From Squalus acanthias (lineage: Eukaryota): a stretch of DNA of 64,000 bases. The notes beneath the pieces are model-generated. The model had not been told where the DNA came from. It saw only the letters and a program-made list of their open reading frames with translations, and searched no databases. A program made the position numbers and the translations under genes. The stretch is taken from the NCBI GenBank assembly GCA_030390025.1, contig CM059431.1, positions 155,002,001 to 155,066,000 of the forward strand. Reading direction: 5' to 3'. This document shows positions 11,371-24,430 of the stretch, piece after piece. The stretch's first letter is position 1. Each line of letters starts with the position of its first letter.

Positions 11371-14076
11371 TATGTGTTTATTATACTAGGTATGAAAAAG
11401 CAGAAAAATGAATATTATAAGATTTCAAACTTAGTTCTAAATTAATTCCGGAAGATAACTTCAACTATAGTTTCGAGAGATTACTGAGCCGAGACTGAAA
11501 CTACATTTCTGCAGTTCGGAAAGGATAGGACGTGGCTAATAGTTTTATTGTACATACGTGTGTGGACGCACACACACATCGAGACACGCGCACAAGTGAA
11601 GAATTGTGATTGTGAAATAGCAGTCAAATCTACCACTTGTATATTTATGGCCAAATCTGAGATTGTCAGACACCGAAATATATTCCAGAAACCAATGTTG
11701 TGCATCGCTCACTGTTTAAAGTTACATGATTATTAACATTATTCATTAATGTTAATATTAGTGGATCAGCGGTAAACGTGCTCACCTCCTACAGTGCTCA
11801 TCAGTCAGGTGCTCACACCATATGGTCAATATATTCAAATAGAAGCAACAACCAGGACACATCTCCATGAACAAATGGACAATGTCACTGCCCATAGAGA
11901 ACGAAGACATCACACCCAGCTGTATATTGTGTGTGGAGAGATATCATACTCATAATCTAGCAGAATTTAATGTCAAAGTTCAGCAAATCAGAATTATTAA
12001 ACAAAATCTGTGAAACAATATATTATACCACCAGACTGTAAAACCGTGTGAAGGATCATTTAATTCATCAACGATCACCCGCTCCATATTTCCCTGCAGA
12101 ATTTTCTCCACCTCAGAAATAAGGCTGGTTTTCGCCTGCACTGTGTGAGTAAATCTCACCAATGGGGACTCCCAGTGCGGAGTCGTGGCCGACGGCAGCC
12201 TATCTGGAACTCCGTGGTGGATTTCAACAACACCAACTTGTATTTATATAGCGCTTCTAACGTAGTAAAGCGTCCCAACGCGCTTCACAGGAGTATTTTT
12301 GACAAACAATTGACACCAAGCCACATGAGGAGAAATTAGGGCAGATGACTAAAAGCTTGGTCAAAGAGGAAGGTTTCAAGGAGCGAGGTAGGTTTTAAGG
12401 AAGTTTATGTTGGGAAATCCAGAGCTTAGGGCCTAGGGAACAGAAGGCAGCGCCAGCTGTGGTTGAGCGAATATATTCAGGGATGCTCAAGAGGGCAGTA
12501 TTATAGGAGCGTATTTATCTCGGAGGTGGGGGTATGGTGGGGGGCATTTCTTTATTCGTTAATGGGATTGGGCGACGCTGGCAAGGACAGAATTTATTGG
12601 CCATCCCTAATTGACCTTGAGAAGGTGATGATGAGTTGCCTTCTTGAACCGCTGCTGTCGGTGGTGTGGCGAAGGTACTCCCACAGAGCTGTTAGTTAGG
12701 GAGTTCCAGGATTTTGAACAAGCGACGATGAACGAACGGCAATATGTTTCTATGTTAGGATGGTGTGTGACTTGGAGGGGAACTTGGAGGTGATGATGTT
12801 CCCATGCGCTTGCTGCCCTTGTCCTTCCAGGTGGAAGAGGTCGCGGGTTTGGGAGGTGCTGCCGAATAATTATTGGCGAGTTCCTCAGTGCATTTTGTAG
12901 ATGGTACAGACTGCAGCCACGGTACGACGGTGGCGGAGGGAGCGAATGTTTAAGTTGATGGATGGGCTGCCAATCAAGCGGGCAACTTTGTCCTGGATTG
13001 GGTCGAGCTTCTTGAGTCTAGTTGGAGCTGCACTCATACAGGGAAGTGGAGAGTATTCCATCACAATCCTTACCTGTTCCTTGTAGATGGTGGAAAGGAT
13101 TTGGGGAGTCAGGAGGCGAGACACTCGCCTCAGAGTACCTAGCCTCTAACCTGCTTTTATTGCCACAATATTTATGTGGCTGGTCCAGTTAAGTTTCTGG
13201 TCAATGGTGACCACAGGATGTTGATGGTATGGGATTCGGCGATGGTAATGTCGTTGAATGTCAATGGAGGTGGTTCGACTCTCGCTTGTTGGAGATAGTC
13301 ATTGCCTGGCACTTCTGTGGAGCGAACCTGCCACTTATCAGCCCAGGTCTTGTTGCATGCTAGCCTGGACAACTTCATTACCTGAGGAGTTGTGAATGGC
13401 GCTGTTCATGGTACATTCATCAGCGAATATACCCATTTCTGACCTTATGTTGGAGTGAAGTTCATTGATGAAGCAGCTGAGAATGGTTGGTCCTCAGGCC
13501 TCTGCCCTGAGGAACTCCTGCAGCGATGTCGTGGGGCTGTGATGATTGACTTTCAACCACCACAACCATCTTCCTTTATGCTAGGTATGTCTTCAACCAG
13601 TTGAGTGTTTTCCCCCCGATTTCCATTGACTTCAGTTTGAGTAAGTTTCCTTGATGCCACACTCGTCAAATGCTGCCTTGATGTGAAGGGCAGTCATTCT
13701 CACCTCACCTCTGGAATTTAGCTCCTTTGTCCATGTTTGGCCAAAGGCTATAATGAGGTTGGGAGGCGAGTGGTCTTTGCGGAACCCAAACTTGGCATCA
13801 GTGAGCAGGTTATTGGTGATTAAGTACTGCTTGACAGAACGGTCGAAGATGCCTAGCTGATTGCTCATGATTGACAGTAGACTGATGGGGCAGTAATTGG
13901 CAAGTTTGATTCGTCCTGCTTTTTGTGTACAGGACACACTTGCGCAGTTTTCCAGTCGTATAGATGCCAGTGTTGTAGCTGTACTGGAACAGCTTACATG
14001 GAGGCACGGCTAGTTCTGGAGCACAAGTCTTCAGCACGATAGCCGGGATGTTATCGGGGCCTATTGCCTTTGCTGA
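11340..14076 (+). repeat. Segmental duplication unit, copy 1 (matches about 25660-28403)
   Basis: Non-repeat sequence at 11370-12230 is colinear with 25680-26550, and the same L2 tail and nested LINE follow in the same order. Confidence 0.9.
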
Positions 14077-16530
14077 AAGCGATTGGAGGTAGGTAGCGGC
14101 AAAGCTATCTAGGGAATTGAAAACAAGGTTGACACTTTTGAAATCGAGGCGTTTTTTTTACCGGGAGCCAATGTAGGTCAGCGAGGACAGGGGTGATGGG
14201 TGAACAGTACTTGGTGCGACTTTGGACACAAGCACCCGAGATTTGGATGATGTCAAGCTTACGTAGGATAGAACGTGAGAGGCCTGCCAGGAGTGCGTTG
14301 GAATATTCAAGTCTAGAGGTACCAAGGCATGGATGAAGGTTTCAGCAGCAGATGAGCTGAGGGAGGGGTGAAGGCGGGTGATGTTACGGAGGTGGAAATA
14401 GGCGGACTTTGTTATGCGGCGAATATGTGGGCGGAAGCTCATTTCAGGATCAAATATGACACCAAGGTTGCGAACAGTGTGGTATGGCCTCACAGATGTT
14501 AGGGAGAGGGATGGAGTTGTCAGGGATCGAAAACAATATCTTCCCAATATTTAACTGGGGAAAAATGGATGTCGGTCAAGCAGTCTGACAATTTAGAGAC
14601 AGTGGCGGGTTCGAGAGAAGAGGTGGTGAGGTAGAGCTGGGTATCGTCAGCGTACATTTGCAGGGACGGAGGAGTCGAGGGTTGTTTGTTTTGAGGTGGG
14701 GGGGGGGTGATGACGGCAGATTGGAAGGAGAGGGGGACAGTACCCGAGGAGAGAGAACCGTTAACAATGTCAGCTTACAAAAGGAGCCAGAAAAGGAAGT
14801 TGGGTGATCAGCAGTTTGGTGGGAATAGGGTCGAGGGAGCAGGAAGTGAGTCTCATGGACAAGATGAGCACGAAGAGGTCAGGAGGGGAGATCGGAGAGA
14901 AGCTGGAGAAAGTTGCGATTTCAGGGCTATGGCAGGGGGAGCCAAAAGGGAAGGTTTGGCCTGGTGGGCTAGGGGACGGAAGAGAAGTGGCTGAGGCCAC
15001 TGATTGCATGCTCTCAATCTTAGAGTAAAGAAGTTCCTGAGCTCCTCGCACTTGTTGTTGGAGGTGAGGGTGGAGGAGACGTGGAAAGGGGCTTAAGAAG
15101 ATGGTTAGCAATGGAGAATAGAAACCAGGGTTTAGCTTTGCATTCCAGAATTATTCTGGAATAGTGAGCAATTTTGGCATAAGAGAGGTGGACCCGATAA
15201 TGCTTTATCTGGTCCAGCCAGATCTGGCAGCGAATGACTTAACCAATTTTCCACCATATCCTTTCAAGTCTGCATCGCTTGGACTCAAGGGAGTGAAGAT
15301 GAGTGCCGGACCAGTTGAAACAGCCAGGGTGAGACAGTGTAATTGGTTTAATAGGGACTACGGCATCGAAGGTGGTGGTGAGTGTATGGTAGAGCAGATT
15401 GGTAGGTGCGAAAATTTTGTGGTGAATGGAGTCCAAGGGCTGTATAGTTGGGATTTCGTAAGTGCATTTGTAAGAGAGTTGGGAGAGAGTTTTTTCCTGG
15501 GGCAGCATCAAAATGAAGTAGTCTTTGGGGTGAAGGGGATGTAGATGTAGAGCGATGGAAGGAAATGGTCAGAGATGGCTTTACTAGCGATTGACACGAT
15601 GGGAGTAGCGAGGCCAGGGGAGATGGCAATGTGGAGGCTGTGTACATGATTATGGGTTGGGGAGTTTACTTGGAGTTAGAGATTAAGGGCAGATAGGAGG
15701 GCAGTGAAATCAGAGCAGAGAGAGCATGATGAATTGCGAGGGAGTTTGAAATCACCGAGGATGAGAAGTCGCTCGGTGCAATTGCTGAGGGAAGAAAGCA
15801 GTGACTCTATCTCGGTGATAAATTATAATGGTACTTGGGTGGGCGGGAGAGAACGAGAACTTTAAATGAGAGGTGAGAGTTGTGCAATAAGGTGAGATGC
15901 TCAAAAGGAGGAGAACGTGGTGGAGGAGTAGGGTGGCAGACCAAGGCATGATTTGGTGATGAGAACCACACTGTCGCCATCGCAGTCTAGGCAGGGCAAG
16001 TGGTGAAAGGTATAGCCAGGCGGGGAGGCTTCACTTAAGGGTAAGGCTTCTACACGCCTCATCCAATTTTCCATCAGGGCCATGATGTCGATGCACTCAA
16101 TCACGATAAGCTCATGGTTAGAAAGGATCTGGTTCGCAAGAGAATGGCCCTGACGGAGGAAAATGGGGAGAGGTTCGGTGATGTCTAACCAACCGCCAGT
16201 GTCACAGTCTCAGCGCTGGGAGGAGGGAGTTGGACGGGAAGGAGATTGAGAAGATTAGCCCCCAGCCGGCGGCCTGGGCGGGAAGTTCGGGGGAAGAGTT
16301 GCATAATACAGTTGGGGTTGCTGCTCGTGAGGAGGCAGCAACGAGTGCCACGGTGGGCCTTTCGGAGGATGTCAAGAGAGGCACAGAGGGAAGCTGTAGA
16401 CTTATCTAAGATGGACGGCAGCAGGAGAGTAGGAAGGTCGAAGAGCAATGAATTGTTGGTGCAGGAATTTGGGAGTGCAGTGTATCTGAGATAGGAGAGA
16501 TGAAAGGAGGCATAATGACAGGAGAGAAGG
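12225..16530 (-). mobile_element. L2-clade LINE (endonuclease to 3' end, with deletions), interrupted at about 12545-14076
   Basis: Minus-strand ORFs contain VRNLGVIFDPEMSF..HI..ITKSAYFHLRNI (14158-14547), SCSLDPIPTKLL (14770-15111) and IDIMALMENW...PPGYTFHHLP (15901-16104). Confidence 0.85.
12545..14076 (-). mobile_element. CR1-group LINE 3' fragment nested in L2
   Basis: Minus-strand ORFs contain LKTCAPELA, NYCPISLLS, LHIKAAFD and LTPQILSTIYK.QVR..MEYS. Confidence 0.85.
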
Positions 16531-17277
16531 AAAGAATGAGTTTGCATTTACTGTTGCTTTCTTTAAATATCTGTGCATTATTTATTAGCTCTTTAGGCAA
16601 TCAATCGAGAGTTACAACTATTTCTAATTGCTCAGCAGCATCTGGTGATTCCAAGCAATAAATTTCGAACTGGATTCTCAGATCACCGACCGCAACCATC
16701 ATATGTTAATTTTCTGGATATATGATAACATATGAATATTTGCTCGTGATTTATCCACGCTTTTGTGAGGTTTAGACTCGATTCCTTAAACGACATTTGT
16801 GCACTGCCAGATAGAAACTCCAGAGCTCGACTGCTTCAATTCATCAATTCACCCTCATTTCCACTTATCCATAATCCCATTCGTCGGTGACCGACATTCA
16901 CTTGCTATCTCAGACAATTTGTGAAAGACTCCTACTCATCTACAATTCCCTTTACGTTCTCGAGCGTCATAATTTTACAGTCTTCTTCAGAAACCCTCTT
17001 TTATTTCTGGTCCATCCTCTCCCTTTGCTGTGGTCCCCAGATTATTGGTTCCTCTGCTCCGGACTCCAACAAAGTCGTCAGCAACACTGGTTGGAATCCG
17101 TTGCCTTGGGCTTCCACTCTTTACTTCCTACTTACTTTAAACAACCTCCACATGTTGCAAGATCTAGGTCGTTTCTCTTAACTCTACGAAAAAGAGGCAG
17201 CTTTAACTCTAAATTCCTGCTCTGTGAGGCGCCATTGGCCGTCTCACTGTTTGAAAGACTCTAAAGAAAAGCTGCTG
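16530..17277 (-). repeat. About 750-bp repeat, probably a decayed L1-like 5' UTR/ORF1 fragment (copy 1)
   Basis: Closely matches 23480-24222. The minus strand has an atggcgcc 5' motif and a broken DLE...NLL.GI.DAAE-like remnant. The family assignment is tentative. Confidence 0.55.
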
Positions 17278-17356
17278 CTCTAAAAGTTAGTTCAAATTAT
17301 TCATTGCTTCAAAGCAAACATAGTATTGTAACCTGTTCTCATTTACACTTTTACAG

Positions 17357-17526
17357 AAAATTCAGATACCAAAATGTTACTAATGTTGGCAAGCTACACG
17401 GATATCCAGCTTGGAAGAATTATCGGCTGCTACCGTCAGAGACTAGAATCGTCAATTGAAGAATTCGTGGAAGCTGTTAGTCAATCGCTCTTAGATGCAA
17501 ACGTGTTTACTGAAACAATTCATAAG
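17357..17526 (+). CDS. Exon A of a putative death-fold/CARD-like membrane-anchored protein (first half of the domain)
   Basis: Acceptor ttttacag|, donor aag|gtatgc, 170 nt, phase 1 to 0. Translates NSDTKMLLMLASYTDIQLGRIIGCYRQRLESSIEEFVEAVSQSLLDANVFTETIHK. Homologous to the exon at 59935. Confidence 0.85.
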
Positions 17527-17910
17527 GTATGCTACATATATGTTGGAATTGTCTAAATGGCCGCCTAAATTTAAGACGGGTTGGTGAGAGATTGTTCAAG
17601 TCGGTCTGGTACGGCAGGGCTTTGCTGGTTTAGAGGTTGTATTCTCTGGCGACTTTATGTTCGCGGCGCAGGTGTGGTGGTGCGAGAACTTGATAGCCAT
17701 GGGGTGAATGATAACAGCCTTCTCACGGATCACCCTTTTACATGCTCTTAGATTACAGCTAATATCGTCTCAAAGGAAACAGAACTTGTCGTTTTTAAAG
17801 CGTTAAATAAGAAGAGAACAGCATCTCATGTTATAACCATGAGTTCATCGTTGAAGAATCCTCGACACAAATATCGTCAGCTGCATCATCAATTATTTTT
17901 TTTCTGTCAT

Positions 17911-19219
17911 ACGGTCAGAATTTGGGCTGTACGCTGATGATTGCAGTGTTCAATTCCATTCCCAATTCCTCAGGTAACTAAACAGTCATGCCCGTATGCA
18001 ACAAGATCTGGTCAACATGCCAGTTTTGGTGGATAATTAGCAAGTAACATTTGTGCCGCATAAGTGACAGGCAAAAAGCATCTGCAGAAAGAGACTCTCT
18101 AATCAACTGATAATTCACTGGAAAACGTCTTGCAGTTAAGCTATTTACCTTGGCCGTATTTCTGCAGGGATTCGGGTTACTGTTGTTTCTGTAATCGGAC
18201 ATAAATGGCATCCTATCCAAGGAGCAATTAATCCAAATTTCAGGATTGCAAGGAACACGCCAAGACACAATGGCTCGTATTTTCCGATGCCTACGTGTGA
18301 GTACGCACTGTGTACACACCCGTAGGGACATCGGTAATGCCGGTTTCAGGCATGCGAAGCGCATGCGCTGAAAACCGGCATTTCCGATCTGTCAAGAATC
18401 ATCTTGACAGATCGGACGTTTGCCCCAGAGAAGGGCCTCTGCGGGTGGAGATTTCCACTTGCTGCAGGACATCCGCTCTTGAAAACACTTAAAAATCGTA
18501 CTCCTGGTAAAAGCAAGGCGTAAGGCCTGCTTTTCCCAGCACAAGAGTTTAAAAAAGTAAAAAAATACATATTTTTTCGCTCATTTATAATTTTAAAGTA
18601 CTTCTAAATAAGGTAAGTTTAATTTTAGCTCCGTAAAAATCTTTAATTATTTTTTTCAAAACATTAAATTTTTGTTTAAAATATTTCAATTAATATAAAT
18701 GTTACTCATTTTAAAAACGCGATGCTTTTTAAAAATGTATTTATTGTTTTGATTTGTTTTTGGGGTGATCTCCATTCATACCTTTGACAGGTCTATCTGT
18801 CAAAGGTATGAAGGGAGATTCCCTTCTATTCTCTCGCCTGTCCACCTATCTCAGGGGCTCATGAGCTTCGCAAGCGTCCCTGGGATAAGGTGGGCCCTGC
18901 GCATTTCTACTGTGGACAGGCGCAGGATCGGAAATGGCTCCTCCTCGTGAGCCCTCAGGAAAGGGCGTAGATTTCTTCCTGATAGGAGGCATCCACATGC
19001 AGGAAGCCTCCTAACGGAAGTTACGGGCCAAATATTGTAAAGAATATTTGAATAAGATACCACTAGCAGCACAAGCATCAAGCGTCCTCAGCAAAGACCC
19101 AATGGATATCCTGGAGCTAGATAGAACATCTAATAGCCACATATATCTAATCTCAGGAAAATAAATTAACTGACATATTTAAAATAAGCTGTCACTCACG
19201 GCCGAGAAATTCTGTCCGT
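17911..19219. mobile_element. MITE-like non-autonomous DNA element (outer), containing a nested element
   Basis: Terminal inverted repeats acggtcagaattt (17911-17923) and aaattctgtccgt (19207-19219) match at 12 of 13 positions. Confidence 0.6.
18272..19029. mobile_element. MITE-like element with TIRs and internal hairpins
   Basis: Ends are ggctcgtattttccg and cggaagttacgggcc. Internal palindromes are present and a related copy lies at 19799-20616. Confidence 0.75.
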
Positions 19220-19798
19220 TCTTTAGCAAAGCAGACGTGCATTTTAATTAAACGAGACGATTCGTGTGAGTCACTGCCGGTGGCACCAATTTCTAGAACT
19301 TTCTACTGAACATATCCAAGTCGTTGCTTCCATTTCTTTTCTCCTTCCAACTTCACTGCATGGCTGATTCTAGCTGCCTATCTACCAACTTCCCTGCCAC
19401 AGTTATTACTTATAATTTACAACCCCAAAAAATCTGCATTATTCTACGTCTCACCAAGCACTCGCAAAATTCATCCAGTCCATGGGTTACGCAACTTTAA
19501 GCCTTCACGTTCATTCTTCTGCCCAATGCTCAGGGACATCAACATTACCGGCATCTCCTGTCATGACAGCCATCATGTCCTATTTTAAATAAAATTCCGA
19601 GTCTCATCCATGATGTCTATCTGATCTCTTTTCGAATATTTCCTGAAGTTATGTAACACATATATTAATAAAGCATGGTGAATAAAGCTGATTAGTTGAA
19701 GGTAGCGATTGTCTGATGATGCTCTAGGAAGTTATTATATGAAGACTTTAGCACCTACGTGTTAATGTAAGCGGCACGGCTGGGAGCTTGGCGTTAAT

Positions 19799-20616
19799 GG
19801 GCCGGATACTCCGATCCTTACGGATGTGTACGCGCTGTGTACACAACCGTAGGGACATCGGAAATGCCGGTTTCAGGCATGCCAAGCGCATGCGCTGAAA
19901 TCAGTAATTTCCGATCTGTCAAGAATGCTCTTGACAGATTGGACGCCTAGCCTGGAGAAGGTCCTCTGCGGACGAGTAGTTCCGCTTTCTGGAGAACCCC
20001 CGCCTGCAGAAAACCCTTAGAAATCGTATGCCTGCTAAAAGCAGGGCTAAGGCTAGCTTTTACTATGTTTTGGGGGTGAATTCCATTCATATATTTGACA
20101 GGTCTTCCTGTCAAATGTATGAAGGGAGATTCCCTTCTCTGATTGGCTCCCTACGTGATCCCAGGGACGCTGCGAACCGCCTGCGCCGCTGGGATACGTG
20201 GCCCTGCGCACCGGAAGTTTGGAGAGACCAAGCAACGGAACTCTGCGCCTCCCGGGACCCTCCGGTCCAGGCACAGATTTTTCCAGATCGCAGTCCTCCG
20301 CCCGCGGGCGGCCTGCGAAAGGAATTTCTGGGCCACTTTGTTTTTGGGGTGATCTCCATTCATATATTTGACAGGTCTTCCTGTCAAGTGTATGAATGCA
20401 GTTTTCCCTACTTTGATTGGCTCCCCATGGCCCACATGATCCCAGGCACCCTGTAATCTGCCTGTGCCTCTGGGATAATAGGGCCCTGCGCAAGTGGGGA
20501 TTGGAGAGGTCCAGGATCGGAATCGTGTGCGTCCCGGGATCCCGAAGGTAACGGCTTAGATTTTTCCAGATTGCAGACCTGCGCACCCAGGATTCCTGCG
20601 ATCGAAAAAACTGGCC
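19799..20616. mobile_element. MITE-like element, same family as 18272-19029, with an internal duplication
   Basis: Shares tgtgtacac..ccgtagggacatcgg and gatctgtcaagaat..tcttgacagat. The right-hand module occurs twice (about 20065 and 20340). Confidence 0.75.
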
Positions 20617-22083
20617 ATTAACTATGAGGAGTTCATTATCATGCACAAGTGGTGGGACAAGAATTGCGGAAGCGACATATTGAAAAAATTGAGACATTTT
20701 AGCGAGGGTATCAGAGATATGGATGACTTTAAATATCTAAAGTATAGAAGTGATGTACGGGTGGAAGAGGGAGTGTGCTATCTGCCACGTATCCAGGACG
20801 TGAGATAGATGGGTACGTTTCCAGAACAACAGGGAAGGAATGAGTATTGGATCCATTTCTGCAAACGGATAACGGATATCTAAGAAGCAATGATATCATT
20901 AGAATTCAGAAGATCAGTAAATCAAAGCAATATATATGTACAGGATAACCAATTTCAACAAATCAAGAACACACTGGCCCAAATATATTGGGACGGAATG
21001 GATCAGGCAATTCCGTCGGGAAGCAATACGATGGTACCAAGTAGGAAATGATTGCGATACGATATATAGGAATTACACGATAATAAAACGGGTGGAGCAC
21101 ATACAAGAATTACTTGGATGTGCATAGAAAAGGAAATGAAAAGTAGATTTACAAATTGAATGTAGGATGTTGATTATATAAATCAAATCAAAGAAACATA
21201 GAGGTTAACGAGCAGAAGGTAAAACGTTGACATTTTAAGAATTTTGGAGATTGGCATGAGACAGTATTCGGGACAATGATCACATTTCATAAACACTTCA
21301 AATAAAATACTTACTCATAAGACAGGACTATTCAGGTATTCAAAGCAAATGGTTCACATAGAAGATGAAGGATTGACTGATAAGTTTTTGCTGCTGTTTC
21401 GATGAATGATACTTGAAATGAAAGGAATTCTATTTGCAATCAATGGTAAAGAAATACGGACGCGTGGAACACGAGCCGACCATTCGCTATCAGCACCTGT
21501 CATGTGACTGGCCGATTCCAATTTCATCCGCATTGTTTTACAATCTGTGCAGTTTGAGTTTCTAAAAGCACGTTGTGAGCTTTCCAGAACATTGCTGTTA
21601 CTAACAACAAATAATGCTTCATTTTGCACGAACCATATTCCTGAAATCTGACTTTTGCCCTTTTATTTGGCACTTAACATTTTTTCATATCAGTTGAGAA
21701 AATTCAGCTTCCCTCGGTGACTCAACGCTGCTCCTCTCTATCTCTGCAACATCCTCCAGCCCTACAATCCTCCGTGATCTCTGTGCTCATCAAATTCTGA
21801 ACCATTGCGCAACCCCGATTCTCTTCACGCCACCATTGGTAGCCGTGCGTTGTGCTGCCTCGGTCCAAAACAAGGAATTAACTCTGTAATCCTCTCCGGC
21901 CGTCTGCCATTCTCTGCTCTTTCGAGACGCTCCTTAAAACTTATCTCGTTGACATAGATTTTGGTCACCTCATTATGAGCTTTTCTATTCATTCCTCCCA
22001 TAAAGAGGGTGAGAAACAAAACCGACGTTTCTTAGCTCATTTTGTAAAATACTTTGTTCAATTTGATTGCAATATTTTTTTAG

Positions 22084-22282
22084 GAAATCAGTACACTTGC
22101 TGAAAGTCAGCGCAGAAACGATGCTTCCCAACGCATTTTCGATACCGTGCTGGAAAAGGGAGCTCGGGGAGAAAGAACAATGTGGAACATATTTCTTCAA
22201 TTGCAGAATACAAAACCCAAACTGAACGCGACATTGTCAGAGATACAGAACAGAGATACAGGGACAAAACATGATCTAGAAG
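22084..22282 (+). CDS. Exon B of the putative CARD-like membrane-anchored protein (second half of the domain)
   Basis: Acceptor tttttttag|, donor aag|gtaggc, 199 nt, phase 0 to 1. Translates EISTLAESQRRNDASQRIFDTVLEKGARGERTMWNIFLQLQNTKPKLNATLSEIQNRDTGTKHDLE, in frame with exon A. Confidence 0.85.
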
Positions 22283-23479
22283 GTAGGCGATGTCAAAATC
22301 TAATTGCAAAAGATCTCGTTTACTTTCAGAGTAAGAGAGTTCATTATTTATGTCGAGGAACTTATTTTAATTTAATGTCCAGGAGGATGAAATTCTAATT
22401 GTCGGGGACACACAATGGCCGGGTCACATTTGCCGACAGTTACACACGCCCGATATTCAGCTCAATTCAAGTTTATTCGCGCGCAACATATAATCGGCGA
22501 TGGATGCGATACGGCCTGTGTTTTCTCCTCGCCATAAAACGGCCGGTATTGCATCTGCTGCCCGTTCTTCGCTCGGTCCTATGATCCCTTCCTTTGACTC
22601 CAATAAAATTTGAGAGGCTGCGCTGTGCCCACACAGAGCCGGTAATCAGGGAAATCTCTCAATTCAGGGAAACTGATGTAATCTTCGTCTCTTTCACGGT
22701 AATTGCGCTCTTGAATTCCCCACTAAAAGTTTGACTGAAAGGGAAGGGTGTAACTGGATTGCAACAGCGTATTGAATTCTAAACAAATGTGATGGCCAGA
22801 AAATCTAATTTTGATTTTGTGCAGAGACAACTTTATTCATTTAAATAAAAATTAACATTATTCTGAAAATGTAATTATTTTAAAAGATTTTTCCTCCTCA
22901 TTTCTGCTTTGCATTTTCCCCATGTTAGAGCCCCAATATTTGTTTCTTTCGCTGAATCATTTTTTTAAATGTTAGAAGTTTAACAGCTTATTCACTTCCT
23001 TGTTCGCTGTCTGGAAGAATTCGGCGTTTTGGTTCGATGCTTAAACAGCCTGTTGACTTCACAGCAGCTTGCACTCGGGATTCCCAATGATGCTCCGTTG
23101 ATTTGAATTACACTTCGGAAAACCTGATTGCGAGATCTTTGTGTCAAGCTTACTTTGTGGCCGCAGCAAATGCCTTTGCTTCGCGCTGACCGCTAATTCC
23201 GGGCCGTTCTTTATTTAGTATCTCTCAGGTCTTTCTACTTCCATCGATAGGCATTTTAGAATCAGGTACATTCAATTATGATTCCTACCAGCTATTGTCA
23301 TGTTTCAGATGTGGTATTTGAGATTTAGTTATTATTTCAATTTGATATCAATAACTTTTTCCCAATGGTGTGTTCTTGTAATTGTTGTATTGATAGCTAT
23401 CAAATTTACTTTGAGTACATTTAGATTCACAGTATTTCAATTTCTCCGGTCCGTATCGCAGTTTAGTTTTCCCAAGAAA

Positions 23480-24222
23480 GAAGGAATGAGCTTGCATTTA
23501 CTGTTACTTTCTTTAACTATCTGTGCATTATTTATTAGCTCTTTAGGCTAACAAGCGACAGTCACGACTATTTCTAATTGCTCAGCAGCATCTGGTGATT
23601 CCAAGCAATACATTTCGAATGTATTCTCAGATCACCGTTCGCAACCATCATATTTTAATTTTCTGGGTATATGATAACATATGAATATTTTCTCGTGATT
23701 TAGATACGCTTTTGTGAGGTTTAGACTCGATTCCTTAAACAACTTAAGGGCACTGCGATATAGAATCTCCAGAGCTCGACTGCTTCAATTCATCAGTAGA
23801 ACCTCATTTCCACTTATCCATAATCCCATTCGTCGGTGACCTACATTCAGTTGCTATCTCAGACAATTTGTGAAAGACTCCTACTCATCTACAATTCCCT
23901 TTACGGTCTGGAGCGCCTTAATTTTACAGTCTTCTTCAGAAACCCTCTTTTATTTCTTGTCCATCTCTCCCTTTGCTGTGGTCCCCAGATTATTGGTTCC
24001 TCTGCTCCGGACTCCAACAAAGTCGTCAGCACCACTGGTTGGAATCCGTTGCCTTGGGCTTCCACTCTTTACGTCCTACTTAATTTAAACAACCTCCACA
24101 TGTTGAAAGTACTCGGTCTTTTCTCTTAAATCTACGAAAAAGAGGCAGTTTAACTCCAAATTCCTGCTCTGTGAGGCGAAATTGTCCGTCTCACTGTTTG
24201 AAAGTCTCTAAAGAAAAGCTGC
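23480..24222 (-). repeat. About 750-bp repeat, copy 2 of 16530-17277
   Basis: Direct colinear match along its length; compare ORFs 16887 vs 23836 and 16921 vs 23870. Confidence 0.85.
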
Positions 24223-24430
24223 TATTCTTCGCAACATTATATGCTTTTATTCTCAAGTTGACACCATCCTTTACTTTCTTACATATTCACGGATGGTTCA
24301 TCTTTCTCTTAGAGTCTTTATTTTCTCTGACTGTTATGAAATAACAGCAGCTTTTCGAATTGTTTGAGACTCTTTGGACTGTCAATGAATACTTGAAAAA
24401 CTAATCTCAAACATATTCTATAATTTACAG

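Noticed and set aside
16536..16644. Signal-peptide-like MSLHLLLLSLNICALFISSLG... with a phase-1 GT that could join exon A
   Set aside because: It lies within a repeat, the donor (G|GTGATT) is weak, and the second copy has a stop right after LG. Worth revisiting only if RNA-seq supports it.
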